Source: Paenalcaligenes sp.
GTDB taxonomy: Bacteria > Pseudomonadota > Gammaproteobacteria > Burkholderiales > Burkholderiaceae_B
Length of the DNA stretch: 64,000 nt
NCBI GenBank assembly: GCA_035302345.1
Contig: DATGSS010000099.1
Coordinates: 3,332 to 67,331, forward strand
Direction of reading: 5' to 3'
Position numbers and translations under genes: made by a program
Notes under the pieces: generated by a model
What the model was told of the DNA's origin: nothing
The model's input: only the letters and a program-made list of their open reading frames with translations
Databases searched by the model: none
Shown: positions 48,259-58,673 of the stretch, piece by piece
How positions within the stretch are numbered: position 1 is the stretch's first letter
Layout: every line of letters starts with the position of its first letter

Positions 48259-49418
48259 TCTTTACTCTCCGGCTTCAAAGTGTGCAAATCAAAAGTGCTC
48301 ACTCCATCGGGTTGTTTGGATAGCTCAAAGATTTGCTGATGCGCCAACGCCTCTTTGGCGTCGTTGTATCCTGCAGCCCAATGTTCTTCCATCGTACTGC
48401 GGGAAAACTCATAGTCCTTGCTATTACCCTCATAGTTTTTGGCACGATAAATCAATTGCACAATGTTGTAGGACTTGTCATTGGCAGCTGCCAACAGGCG
48501 TTGCATATCAAGGCTTTGCGAATTGCGGACCTCATCAGGCAGTTCCTGCAGGACATGGTACAAAGCACGGCGCAGGCCTTGTTTATTACGGAACTGATCT
48601 GTTCCGTAACGCGTTCGACTGGAAAAACGAATGTCTTTCAGACGTATTTCTTGGCTAATTAGATCTGTAGGATAATCCCCCGAAGCACTCCATAAATCCA
48701 CCTGAAAAGCCAATGTATCTTGGGCTGGGCTGCTATCCAATACCCAACGCAGCGGCGTATTAGAAACCACACCCCCATCCCAGTAATGCTCTCCGTCTAT
48801 CTCTACAGCGGGAAACCCTGGGGGCAAAGCCCCACTGGCCATCACGTGGCGCGCATCGATAGTATGGGTCGTATTATCAAAATAAACAAAATTACCGCTA
48901 GAGACCTGCACCGCACCGACACTAAAACGCATCTGCTTACTGTTGATACGATCAAAATCAACCAAGCGCTCGAGCGTACTGCGCAATAAGGAAGTATCAT
49001 AAAAACTAAGGGCGTGCTCAGTGCCGGGCAAGCTCATAAAGGGCGGAAAAAAGCGTGGGGTAAAAAAACCGGGGGCCCCGGTAAACAAAGCCTCACTGGC
49101 AGATATCTGGTTCAGCCAGATGTGAATGAAGTCCATATTGGCCTGAGGGATAGCTTGAAAGGCGCTCAGCCAGTTCATGCGATATTCAGAGCGTTTTGTG
49201 ATGAGCTCCCAAAATGATCGCAGTGCATGCACTCGATTCTCTGGAGCATTACCCGCAATGAGCGCAGAATTTATAGAGCCAATAGAAATACCGGACACCC
49301 AATCTGGGTGTAAATCCACCTGAGCAAGTGCTTCATAAACGCCTGCTTGGTAGGAACCTAGTGCCCCCCCTCCTTGCAGAACCATGGCTACACATTCAAA
49401 GGGTAGATCTTTACGCAT
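48255..49418 (-). CDS. Patatin-like hydrolase with DUF3734-like C-terminus
   Basis: QGGGALG, GISIG and DGG motifs; C-terminal SKDYEFSR. Confidence 0.9.
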   Translation of the reverse strand: MRKDLPFECVAMVLQGGGALGSYQAGVYEALAQVDLHPDWVSGISIGSINSALIAGNAPENRVHALRSFWELITKRSEYRMNWLSAFQAIPQANMDFIHIWLNQISASEALFTGAPGFFTPRFFPPFMSLPGTEHALSFYDTSLLRSTLERLVDFDRINSKQMRFSVGAVQVSSGNFVYFDNTTHTIDARHVMASGALPPGFPAVEIDGEHYWDGGVVSNTPLRWVLDSSPAQDTLAFQVDLWSASGDYPTDLISQEIRLKDIRFSSRTRYGTDQFRNKQGLRRALYHVLQELPDEVRNSQSLDMQRLLAAANDKSYNIVQLIYRAKNYEGNSKDYEFSRSTMEEHWAAGYNDAKEALAHQQIFELSKQPDGVSTFDLHTLKPESKE

Positions 49419-49583
49419 ACAGTATCCTTATGCAAATTTGAGTGCGCATTACTGCACCGATGGTACTTCTTTTTGGCACTTTTGTATCATATGGAAACAT
49501 GAGTGTTTCCACTTGTATATACACTCCGAGTCTAGCACGGAACGAGAAATCAAATTATTAATTTTTCTTAATTGTTAGAAAAG

Positions 49584-49622
49584 AAAAGCTTATAACCGAT
49601 TGAAATACCAGTTATAAGCTTT
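49584..49622 (-). terminator. Terminator after trpS
   Basis: AAAGCTTATAAC...GTTATAAGCTTT. Confidence 0.7.
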
Positions 49623-49721
49623 GTGCTGTTTACTTTTATATATCAGGTTTTTTGCAAAGGGTCAGTAGCTATTTAATGCAACTGTTATGCTCTAAAGCTC
49701 TGAAAAGGATAAGATTGCATT

Positions 49722-51032
49722 TTAATCCAAACAATATTGGCGTACTAATTCCCCTTGCTCTTGAGTTAAAGTCGCAATTGCTTTTTTATCTATACTGAGA
49801 ATAATTTTATTCTGGGCAGCCTGTAATTCAAATTCGCCTTTTTGCAAAGCACGCATGGCTTGTCCCATTTCATTAGGCGCAGCAAAAGGTTTTGATAAAA
49901 ACACTGTTTCACCTGCCGGGTCTAATAAACGAATAAAAAAGTCATCATCCTCTTTAAAGGTCACCCAACGGGGTTGCTTTTTAGCCGCTGGCTTTTCTTC
50001 TGCGGGCACGGCCTGACTTAATGTAGCAGGACGCAATCCGACGGCTTGACGCAGCTCTTCTAAAAATGGGCGCGTAATTTTGCGTGCCTTTTTAGCCCCT
50101 GCCTGCAATATGTCTTCGATTATCTGTGGCTGAGCAATGAGCTCGTGATAACGCTCGCGCATCGGTGCGACCTGCTCATTGACCAGTTCAAAAAGACGTT
50201 CCTTGGCGGCACCCCAGCTAAGTCCATCACGTAATTCTTGAGCAAACTCCTGGCTTTGCTGCGGTGCAGCAAAAGCTTTGAAAATAGCGTATAAATGCGC
50301 GTCGTCGGGATCTTTGGGCTCGCCCGGACCACGCGAATCAGTCACTACACGTTGGATAGCATTTTTGAGATCACGCTCATCGCCCTCGAAAAGAGGAATT
50401 GTATTGTCGTAGCTTTTAGACATTTTACGACCATCGAGCCCGGGTAAAGTCGCTACGTGCTCGGCGATCTGTTCGTGCGGCAGCACAAAAAGCTGCTGGC
50501 CCTGTCCGTACATATGATTAAATCGCTGAGCAATGTCGCGCGCCATTTCGATGTGTTGTATTTGATCACGGCCCACAGGAACGCTATTTGCTTTGAAAAT
50601 GAGAATATCGGCAGCCATCAGGATAGGATAAGAAAATAACCCCATATTGACCCCATCGTCGGGCTCATTGTTTTTGGCTAGATTTTCATCGACTGAAGCC
50701 TTGTAAGCATGAGCACGGTTCATCAAACCTTTGGGGGTCAGGCATGTCAGCAACCAACACAGCTCTGGTATTTCGATGATGTCAGACTGACGATAAAAGG
50801 TCACACGGTCGACATCTAAACCGGCCGCTAACCAAGTGGCAGCGACCTGCAGCCGCGAACGAGCTACGCGACTAGCATCCTCGCATTTGACCAAAGCGTG
50901 ATAATCGGCCAGGAAATAGAAAGCATCTACCCCTGGCGCCTGGCTGGCCTCTATGGCTGGACGGATGGCCCCAGCGTAATTACCTAAGTGAGGAATACCA
51001 GAGGGTGTAATACCAGTTAAAACTCTTTTCAT
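49722..51032 (-). CDS. trpS: Tryptophan-tRNA ligase with C-terminal extension
   Basis: TGITPSG.PHLGN, MAADI, VPVGRDQ and KMSKS motifs. Confidence 0.96.
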   Translation of the reverse strand: MKRVLTGITPSGIPHLGNYAGAIRPAIEASQAPGVDAFYFLADYHALVKCEDASRVARSRLQVAATWLAAGLDVDRVTFYRQSDIIEIPELCWLLTCLTPKGLMNRAHAYKASVDENLAKNNEPDDGVNMGLFSYPILMAADILIFKANSVPVGRDQIQHIEMARDIAQRFNHMYGQGQQLFVLPHEQIAEHVATLPGLDGRKMSKSYDNTIPLFEGDERDLKNAIQRVVTDSRGPGEPKDPDDAHLYAIFKAFAAPQQSQEFAQELRDGLSWGAAKERLFELVNEQVAPMRERYHELIAQPQIIEDILQAGAKKARKITRPFLEELRQAVGLRPATLSQAVPAEEKPAAKKQPRWVTFKEDDDFFIRLLDPAGETVFLSKPFAAPNEMGQAMRALQKGEFELQAAQNKIILSIDKKAIATLTQEQGELVRQYCLD

Positions 51033-51092
51033 AATCTGTTTATTCTCTGTGGCTGCGTATTAAGGATAGATGTCACGAGTCGACATTAGTGA

Positions 51093-52184
51093 TTAGAAAG
51101 TGGCTGCGGCACGTTGCTGCGCATGCAGGTAAGCACGGGTTTGCATCTCGTGCAGGCGTGAGGCGGTACGGCTAAACTCATTAGCGAAAGGCCCCTTGGT
51201 ATAGAGCTCGTCAGGCCCGGCCTCGGCCGATATGATCAGCCGTACATTATGGTCATAAAACACATCCACCAACCAAGTAAAGCGACGGGCAGCGGATGCA
51301 TTGCGAGCCTCCATGCGCGGAACCTCACTAAGAATAACGTATTTAAAACGCTGAGCTAAATCTAGATAATCATTTTGTGAACGCGCAGTCTCGCACAAAG
51401 TCGCAAAATCAAACCACACCACATCATTGCCCCGCCCTTTACTGTCTAGGACGCGGTTTTCAATTTCTAGTTGATTACCTAGCGTATGGCCCCCACTGAG
51501 GTGGTTGAATAAACGTTGTAAACGCTCTTCTACCTGGGAATCATGAGGGTGATAATACACCTGCTCGAGCGCCTGAGTTTTGACTCTATAGTCCACCCCT
51601 GCATCAACGTTGATGACCTCCATACGCTCTTTGATCAGATCGATGGCAGGCAATAAACGCTCGCGGTGTAGGCCATCAGGGTACAAAGTATCTGGTGCAT
51701 AGTTAGAGGTCATGATAAAGCAAACCTCATGGTGAAATAACGCCTGCAACAGATTGTATAAAATCATGGCATCGGCAATATCCGAGACATGAAACTCATC
51801 AAAGCAAATCAGGTGATAGCGTTCGGATAAATCTTTGGCCACTGCATCCAACGGATCAGATTGGCTCTTTAACTCTTTTAGGGCATGATGGACGCCGCGC
51901 ATAAACTCGTGAAAATGCAAGCGTGTTTTTTTCTCGATGGCTATATTTTCATAAAACAAATCCATGAGAAAGCTTTTGCCGCGGCCCACACCCCCCCATA
52001 GATAGATCCCGCGTGGAGGCTCAGGTTTGGAAAACCAGCGTTTGACCAGGGATTGCCTGGCCGCATCATAGTTTTGAATTTCATCTGCCAAACGCTGCAA
52101 CGAGGCCACTGCGTTTTCTTGTGCAGCGTCAGCCTCGTAGCCCTTGGCCTGTAGCGCCTGGTGATAACTCTCGGTGATGGTCAT
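51093..52184 (-). CDS. zapE: AFG1/ZapE ATPase
   Basis: GGVGRGKS, HFHEFM, CFDEF and TSN motifs. Confidence 0.95.
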   Translation of the reverse strand: MTITESYHQALQAKGYEADAAQENAVASLQRLADEIQNYDAARQSLVKRWFSKPEPPRGIYLWGGVGRGKSFLMDLFYENIAIEKKTRLHFHEFMRGVHHALKELKSQSDPLDAVAKDLSERYHLICFDEFHVSDIADAMILYNLLQALFHHEVCFIMTSNYAPDTLYPDGLHRERLLPAIDLIKERMEVINVDAGVDYRVKTQALEQVYYHPHDSQVEERLQRLFNHLSGGHTLGNQLEIENRVLDSKGRGNDVVWFDFATLCETARSQNDYLDLAQRFKYVILSEVPRMEARNASAARRFTWLVDVFYDHNVRLIISAEAGPDELYTKGPFANEFSRTASRLHEMQTRAYLHAQQRAAATF

Positions 52185-52212
52185 GAAATTACACTAAACA
52201 AAAATAGGCCTA

Positions 52213-52250
52213 ACAAACGCAAATCGCAGCGATGTACGCTGCGATTGCGA
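52213..52250 (-). terminator. Hairpin / probable terminator between lpdA and zapE
   Basis: AATCGCAGCG-ATGTA-CGCTGCGATT, followed on - strand by TGCGTTTGTT. Confidence 0.55.
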
Positions 52251-52303
52251 AAATATCGAACTCGTCCAATGGCGACCCCAGAGGGCCGCACAGGGATTTG
52301 AAC

Positions 52304-53731
52304 TTAGAAGTTCAGTGTTCGCTTGTCTACAGCCAAAGCTGCTTCGCGCAGCGATTCGGACAGGGTCGGGTGAGCATGACAAATGCGTGCAATGTCTTCT
52401 GCGGCACCCTTGAATTCCATGATCGCTACGGCCTCGGCGATGAGCTCGGAGACCTGCGGTCCCACCATGTGCACTCCCAAAACCTCATCAGTTTTGGCGT
52501 CAGCCAATACCTTGATAAAGCCATCTAATTGGCCTAATGAACGGGCACGCCCGTTGGCCATAAAGGGGAACGAACCACTACGGTATTCGCGACCAGATTT
52601 TTTGAGCTCTTCCTCGGTTTGACCCACCCAAGCTATCTCTGGGTTGGTGTAAATCACCCATGGAATGGTATTGAAATTGACATGAGGCTGCTGACCGGAA
52701 ATACGCTCGGCAACCGCAATACCCTCGTCCTCGGCCTTATGTGCCAACATAGGCCCACGCACGACATCACCGACTGCCCAGACGTTGGGCAGGTTGGTCT
52801 TGCAGTCCTCATCGACAACGATAAAACCGCGCTCGTCCAATTTCAAGCCCACTGTATCTGCACCTAAACCCTCAGTATTGGGCACACGACCAATCGCAAC
52901 AATGAGCTTATCAACCTTGAGGGTTTGCTCTTCGTCATCAGCGTCGGTGTATTTAACTGCTACCCCAGATTTAGTCTTTTCAACAGATTCGACCTTGGCA
53001 CCCAAAGAAATATCTAAGCCTTGTTTGGTTAGCAGCTTATACGCCTCTTTGGCTGCATCACGATCGACTGTGGCTAAAAAGTCAGGCATCCCCTCGAGAA
53101 TACTGACCTTGGCACCTAAACGACGCCATACACTGCCCAGCTCGAGGCCAATGACCCCAGCACCAACGACACCCAGTTTTTTGGGTACCTTGGGCAAGCT
53201 CAGAGCGCCGTCATTAGACAGGATGGTTTCCTCGTCAAACTCAACGCCTGGCAATGCACGCGGGCTAGAACCCGTAGCAATGATGACATGCTTGGCGATC
53301 AGCTCTTCGCTGTCATTACCCTCAACCGTAATCGCCCAGCCGTTGTCTACCTTGGACTTGAAAGCGGCCTTGCCGTTGAAGTAATTGACCTTGTTCTTTC
53401 TGAACAAATAAAGCAGGCCCTGGTTGTTTTGATCAACGACGGTGTCCTTGCGACCGAGAAAGGTATCGATATCGAGCTTTAGCCCTTTGACCTCGATCCC
53501 GTGATCACTGAACTGCTCTTTAGCCTGCTCGTAGTGTTCACTGGACTGTAGTAAAGCCTTGGAAGGGATGCACCCAATATTGGTACATGTGCCGCCGGGG
53601 GCTGGTTTGCCCTCTGCGTTGGTCCAATCATCCACACAAGCCACTGAAAAACCTAGCTGCGCAACCCGTATGGCTGCGATATAGCCACCCGGACCGGCGC
53701 CGATAACTACCACATCAAATTGTTTTGCCAT
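52304..53731 (-). CDS. lpdA: Dihydrolipoamide dehydrogenase
   Basis: GGTCTNIGCIPSK and HAHPTLSE motifs. Confidence 0.97.
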   Translation of the reverse strand: MAKQFDVVVIGAGPGGYIAAIRVAQLGFSVACVDDWTNAEGKPAPGGTCTNIGCIPSKALLQSSEHYEQAKEQFSDHGIEVKGLKLDIDTFLGRKDTVVDQNNQGLLYLFRKNKVNYFNGKAAFKSKVDNGWAITVEGNDSEELIAKHVIIATGSSPRALPGVEFDEETILSNDGALSLPKVPKKLGVVGAGVIGLELGSVWRRLGAKVSILEGMPDFLATVDRDAAKEAYKLLTKQGLDISLGAKVESVEKTKSGVAVKYTDADDEEQTLKVDKLIVAIGRVPNTEGLGADTVGLKLDERGFIVVDEDCKTNLPNVWAVGDVVRGPMLAHKAEDEGIAVAERISGQQPHVNFNTIPWVIYTNPEIAWVGQTEEELKKSGREYRSGSFPFMANGRARSLGQLDGFIKVLADAKTDEVLGVHMVGPQVSELIAEAVAIMEFKGAAEDIARICHAHPTLSESLREAALAVDKRTLNF

Positions 53732-53758
53732 AATCTTTTCCTAGCATTTAGTGAGAAA

Positions 53759-54982
53759 TTAAACGTCAAGCAATAGACGCTGTGGATCCTCTAATGCGTC
53801 TTTCATTGCGACCAAAGCAAGAACTGCCTCGCGACCGTCAATAATACGGTGGTCATAGGACAGTGCCAGGTAGTTCATGGGGCGAATAACAACCTCGCCG
53901 TTTTCAACAACCGGGCGCTCTTTGGTAGCGTGGATCCCGAGAATGGCTGATTGTGGTGGGTTGATAATGGGGGTAGAAATCAGTGAACCAAAGACACCCC
54001 CGTTAGAGATAGAAAAGGTACCGCCGGTGAGCTCTTCGAGCGTCAGCTTGCCCTCTTGGGCGCGGGCACCAAAGTCGGCGATTTGGGCCTCGATCTCGGC
54101 GATCGACAGTTGGTCTACATTGCGCAGGATGGGTACGACCAAACCACGCGGACTGCTGACAGCAATACCAATGTCAAAGTACCCGTGATACACAATATCG
54201 TTGCCATCAACAGAGGCATTCACGATGGGGTATTTTTTGAGCGCGTGGACGGCGGCCTTAACGAAGAAGGACATAAAGCCCAAACGTACGCCATGCTCTT
54301 TTTCAAAATCATCGCGATAGGCTTTGCGTAAGTCCATCACAGCCTGCATGTTGACCTCGTTAAAGGTGGTCAAAATGGCGTTTTCTTGTTGTGACTGCAA
54401 CAAACGCTCGGCGATGCGGGCGCGTAGACGGCTCATGGGGACGCGTTGCTCGGGACGACCGTCCAGAGATACCCCTGTAGGTGCGGCAGGTGTCGCAGCG
54501 GGCTTGGTGCTGCCAGGCTGAGCAGCCATCGCATCGGCCTTGGTCACACGGCCGTCACGACCGGAGCCAGGCACATCGGCCACATCAACACCTTTTTCGG
54601 TGAGGATTTTGTTGGCTGCGGGCGAGGCTGCAACCACCCCTTCGGCCTGAGGAGCTGCTTGGGCGCCCTCGGCTTGGGGAGCAGACTCGGTGGATTCGGC
54701 AGCGGCATCGCCCTCGTCGGCAGCGGCTGCTGTGGGCTGGGCCTCGGTATCGATACGTGCTAGAACCTCGCCAGCGAGCACGGTGCTGCCATCGCCTTTG
54801 ATGATCTCGCTAAGCACGCCGGATGCAGGGGCAGGTACCTCGAGGACTACCTTGTCGGTCTCGACCTCAATGAGGATTTCATCCGCCTCTACAGCCTCGC
54901 CAGGCTGTTTTTTCCATTCCAAGAGAGTTGCTTCTGCCACTGACTCAGAAAGCTCGGGAACTAAAACTTCTTTGATCGCCAT
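53759..54982 (-). CDS. sucB: Dihydrolipoamide succinyltransferase E2
   Basis: ETDKV lipoyl site; [12 protein letters not shown] and YDHRIIDG motifs. Confidence 0.97.
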   Translation of the reverse strand: MAIKEVLVPELSESVAEATLLEWKKQPGEAVEADEILIEVETDKVVLEVPAPASGVLSEIIKGDGSTVLAGEVLARIDTEAQPTAAAADEGDAAAESTESAPQAEGAQAAPQAEGVVAASPAANKILTEKGVDVADVPGSGRDGRVTKADAMAAQPGSTKPAATPAAPTGVSLDGRPEQRVPMSRLRARIAERLLQSQQENAILTTFNEVNMQAVMDLRKAYRDDFEKEHGVRLGFMSFFVKAAVHALKKYPIVNASVDGNDIVYHGYFDIGIAVSSPRGLVVPILRNVDQLSIAEIEAQIADFGARAQEGKLTLEELTGGTFSISNGGVFGSLISTPIINPPQSAILGIHATKERPVVENGEVVIRPMNYLALSYDHRIIDGREAVLALVAMKDALEDPQRLLLDV

Positions 54983-55036
54983 AATTATTCCGTTTCTTTA
55001 GATAGGTAGAGAATTAATATTCGTAATCGGGTCGAT

Positions 55037-57907
55037 TTACTTCACCAAGGCAAACCCGCGCAAACGAGGTGCGAAAGCCTGCTCGAGTAAAGCTTTTTGT
55101 TGCTCGTTATGTTTAGCCAAATAGCCAACCGCGGGTGAGGCGGAAGGTTGGCGACCAGCATAACTTAGGCGCTGTCCCTCGTGCATGTGCTCAAAGATAT
55201 GATGCTGCACATAGAACCATGGGCCTTGGTTTTGGGGTTCGTCTTGTACCCAGACGAATTCTTTGACGTGAGCGTAGCGCTCCATCTCTTCCTTGAACTC
55301 TTTGTGACCAAAGGGATAGAGCTGCTCGATGCGGATGATAGCAATATCATCACGTTCGCGTTCTTCGCGTTCTTTGACCAAGTCGTAGTACACCTTGCCC
55401 GAGCAAATCATCACACGAGTGACGTTGTCAGGCGTGATGTCTTGGTTGACCTCGCCGATGACGGGGAGAAACTCGCCAGAGGCTAAGTCTTGGAGCGTTG
55501 AGTTGGCCGCCCGATTACGCAGCAAGGACTTGGGCGTCATGAGCACCAAAGGCTTGCGGAAAGGACGGATCATTTGGCGTCTGAGCACATGGAAAATTTG
55601 TGCTGCAGAGGTAGGTTGAATCACCTGTATATTATTGTCAGCACACAGCTGCAAGAAACGCTCGATGCGTGCAGAAGAGTGCTCGGGCCCCTGCCCCTCG
55701 TAGCCATGAGGCAGCATTAGAGTTAGACCGCAGTGACGGCCCCACTTGGCCTCGCCAGAGGAAATAAACTGATCAATAACGACCTGTGCACCGTTAGCAA
55801 AGTCACCGAACTGGGCCTCCCAGATGGTGAGTACGTTGGGCTCGGCGGTCGAGTAACCGTACTCGAATGCCAACACAGCCTCTTCGGAAAGTACGGAATC
55901 AATCACCGTAAATGAGGCTTGATTATCAGACACGTGTTGCAATGGAATATAAGTACCATCATCCCAGCGTTCGCGCGTTTGATCGTGCAAGACGGAATGG
56001 CGGTGAGCAAACGTACCGCGGCCCGAATCCTGCCCAGTAATGCGTACTGCATAGCCATTTGAGACCAGGGTGCCAAAGGCTAAATGCTCGGCCATACCCC
56101 AATCGACATCAGCCTCGCCACGGGCCATCGCACGACGGTTTTCAAGCAATCTGTTAACTAGGTTATGGACCTTGAAATCCTGTGGAACGGTAGTGATACG
56201 CTCGCCGATGCGTTGTAGCTCGGCCATTGGGACTGCGGTATCCGCATGGTCGGTCCACTTGGCGTCTAGGAAAGGTGTCCAGTCAGTGGCATATTTGTTT
56301 TTGTAGTCCGTGAGTACGGGCTCTACAGTGCGACGCCCATCCTCCATCAGGCGGCGGTAAGCCTTGACCATTTCCTCGGGCTCGTTTTCGCTAAGTACGC
56401 CCTGAGCGACCAATCTGTCTGCGTAGAGCTTGCGTGTACCCGGGTGGTCAGCAATTTTCTTGTACATCAAAGGCTGAGTCAGCGAGGGGGTGTCCTGCTC
56501 GTTGTGACCCAATTTACGATAGCACACAATATCGATCACCACATCATGGCGGAATCGCTGTCGATAGTCTAATGCCAGGCGAGTCACAAAGGCTACTGCC
56601 TCGGGGTCATCACCGTTGACATGAAATACAGGTGCCTCGATCATCTTGACCACATCAGTGCAATACAGTGTTGAGCGAGAATCACGCGGGTCAGAGGTCG
56701 TAAAACCAATTTGGTTGTTAATGACAATATGAACTGTGCCCCCCGTACCATAACCGCGTGTCAGAGCAAAGTTGAGCGTCTCTTGGACCACCCCTTGGCC
56801 TGCAAAGGCGGCATCACCGTGCACTAAAACGGGCAGCACCTGTTGGCCCTTGGCATCCCCGCGACGATCTTGGCGGGCACGGGTACTTCCCTCGACCACT
56901 GGATTTACAATTTCCAAGTGTGAAGGGTTAAAGGCCAATGACAGATGAACGGGTCCCCCACGGGTGGATAAGTCGCTGGAGAATCCATTGTGGTATTTAA
57001 CATCACCATCGGTCAGGTCATCGGGGTGCTTGCCCTCGAATTCGGCAAATAAATCAGCCGGCATCTTGCCCATGATATTCACAAGCATATTCAAACGACC
57101 CCGGTGAGCCATGCCCACGACGATCTCTTGAATACCGTTACTGCCGGAATGATTAACGAGCTCATCCATCGAGGCAATGAAACTGTCACCCCCCTCGAGA
57201 GAGAATCTTTTTTGACCGACGTATTTTGTATGCAAAAAGCGCTCGAGCCCCTCGGCTTCCGTCAGCTGTTGCAAGATATTGCGCTTTTCCTCGTTAGTAA
57301 ACTCGAACTGCCCTTGGACTGGCTCGATGCGCTCTTGGATCCAGCGCTTGGCCTCGGGGTTTGAGATATACATATACTCGTAGCCAATGGTTTGGCAATA
57401 GGTCGCGCGCAACGCCTGCAGCATATCGCGCAGGGTCATGGTATCGCGATCATCGAAATAAGTATTTGTCGATGAGTACAGTTGATCGAGATCGGCCTCG
57501 GTCAAACCATAAAATGCGGGGTCCAGCTCGGGGAGCTGTTTTCTTTCTGAGCGCTCTAGCGGGTCTAACGTAGCCAAACGTACACCCAAAGAGCGATAAG
57601 CAGCGATGAGGGATTGGACAGAGACTTGCTTTGGTGCGATCGAAAGATCCTGGGCTCCTCCACGCCCGACAAAGCCGTTTGTCTTGGCGCGCTCGGCAAA
57701 TGAGCGAATAATGGGTCCGTGCGCTTGGTCACGGGTAGACTCCTTGCCATCTACAGCTGGCTGGTTTTGTAAACCATCGAAATACTCGCGCCAAAAATCG
57801 GAAACCAATGAGGAATCCTGTAGATAGAGCTCATACAGCTCTTCTACGTACGCGGCATTCGAGCCGTAGAGATAGGAAGAGGACTGAAGTTCTTTTAATG
57901 ATGACAT
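55037..57907 (-). CDS. sucA: 2-oxoglutarate dehydrogenase E1
   Basis: GMAHRGRLN, HGDAAFAGQG, WEAQFGDF and LPHGYEGQGPEHSS motifs. Confidence 0.98.
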   Translation of the reverse strand: MSSLKELQSSSYLYGSNAAYVEELYELYLQDSSLVSDFWREYFDGLQNQPAVDGKESTRDQAHGPIIRSFAERAKTNGFVGRGGAQDLSIAPKQVSVQSLIAAYRSLGVRLATLDPLERSERKQLPELDPAFYGLTEADLDQLYSSTNTYFDDRDTMTLRDMLQALRATYCQTIGYEYMYISNPEAKRWIQERIEPVQGQFEFTNEEKRNILQQLTEAEGLERFLHTKYVGQKRFSLEGGDSFIASMDELVNHSGSNGIQEIVVGMAHRGRLNMLVNIMGKMPADLFAEFEGKHPDDLTDGDVKYHNGFSSDLSTRGGPVHLSLAFNPSHLEIVNPVVEGSTRARQDRRGDAKGQQVLPVLVHGDAAFAGQGVVQETLNFALTRGYGTGGTVHIVINNQIGFTTSDPRDSRSTLYCTDVVKMIEAPVFHVNGDDPEAVAFVTRLALDYRQRFRHDVVIDIVCYRKLGHNEQDTPSLTQPLMYKKIADHPGTRKLYADRLVAQGVLSENEPEEMVKAYRRLMEDGRRTVEPVLTDYKNKYATDWTPFLDAKWTDHADTAVPMAELQRIGERITTVPQDFKVHNLVNRLLENRRAMARGEADVDWGMAEHLAFGTLVSNGYAVRITGQDSGRGTFAHRHSVLHDQTRERWDDGTYIPLQHVSDNQASFTVIDSVLSEEAVLAFEYGYSTAEPNVLTIWEAQFGDFANGAQVVIDQFISSGEAKWGRHCGLTLMLPHGYEGQGPEHSSARIERFLQLCADNNIQVIQPTSAAQIFHVLRRQMIRPFRKPLVLMTPKSLLRNRAANSTLQDLASGEFLPVIGEVNQDITPDNVTRVMICSGKVYYDLVKEREERERDDIAIIRIEQLYPFGHKEFKEEMERYAHVKEFVWVQDEPQNQGPWFYVQHHIFEHMHEGQRLSYAGRQPSASPAVGYLAKHNEQQKALLEQAFAPRLRGFALVK

Positions 57908-57911
57908 ATTA

Positions 57912-57995
57912 ACGCTTCACCTTTCAGGGTGTTTCACCCATGTTTAGATGCAGGAAAACCTTCCGCGACACGGCCTCACCGATTAGCGGATAGCG
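57912..57995 (-). ncRNA. sucA RNA motif (Burkholderiales cis-regulatory leader)
   Basis: Minus strand ATCCGCTAATCGGTGAGGCCGTGTCGCGGAAGGTT...GGGTGAAACACCC...GAAAGGTGA directly 5' of sucA. Recognised from memory of the motif. Confidence 0.8.
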
Positions 57996-58673
57996 GAGCA
58001 GAAGGCCTTGGGCTCGCTATTTCATGACGAGTCTTACCCACTAGTATAGCGTCCTGTGTATATCTATGCATCAAGGGCTTGATTTATCTTGACTTTTGAA
58101 AAACATATGTTGGCATTACCAAACAAGGCGCTTCATGCTGCAGCTACACAATAGTAACTAGAATTCGTCCAATAATAAACAGCCAATCCAACTAAAATGC
58201 GGCGATACGAAAATATTGCACTGCAGCATAAAAGATATAAAAAAATAATAAACAGCAAAAAACATTGGCAGAAGCCACAGTTTTGGCTCATTCACCCCAC
58301 CAAAACTCTGAGCATCCTATACTATCTAGGTTCTAACACTAAAGTAGTAGGGTGAACTATCGTAGCGGAGTGACCCATCAGTGTCTATAAAAGCCCAACG
58401 AACACACACCCAACATTTATAAAAATAGATGTTTTTTTAATTTAAAAGACTGCTTTCTTATTTGTTCTTTTTAATTCGTTATTTAACTAAGCATATCCCA
58501 AGAATCTATACTCATTAATTTAATAATTATTTATTGTGGGTTTTTGATTTTTTGTAAATAGAGAATTCTAGACTGATAATGTTTGCCGTGATAATTTTAA
58601 AATAAGATTCGGCGAACATTAAATTAATAAGGCATAAATAGCTATTAACTTGAATTATGGAGAATAAACAGCC

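Noticed and set aside
52785-53384. Long antisense ORFs in lpdA (also in sucA, ccp, tex, maeB, lldP)
   Set aside because: Shadow frames of well-conserved genes produced by codon bias.
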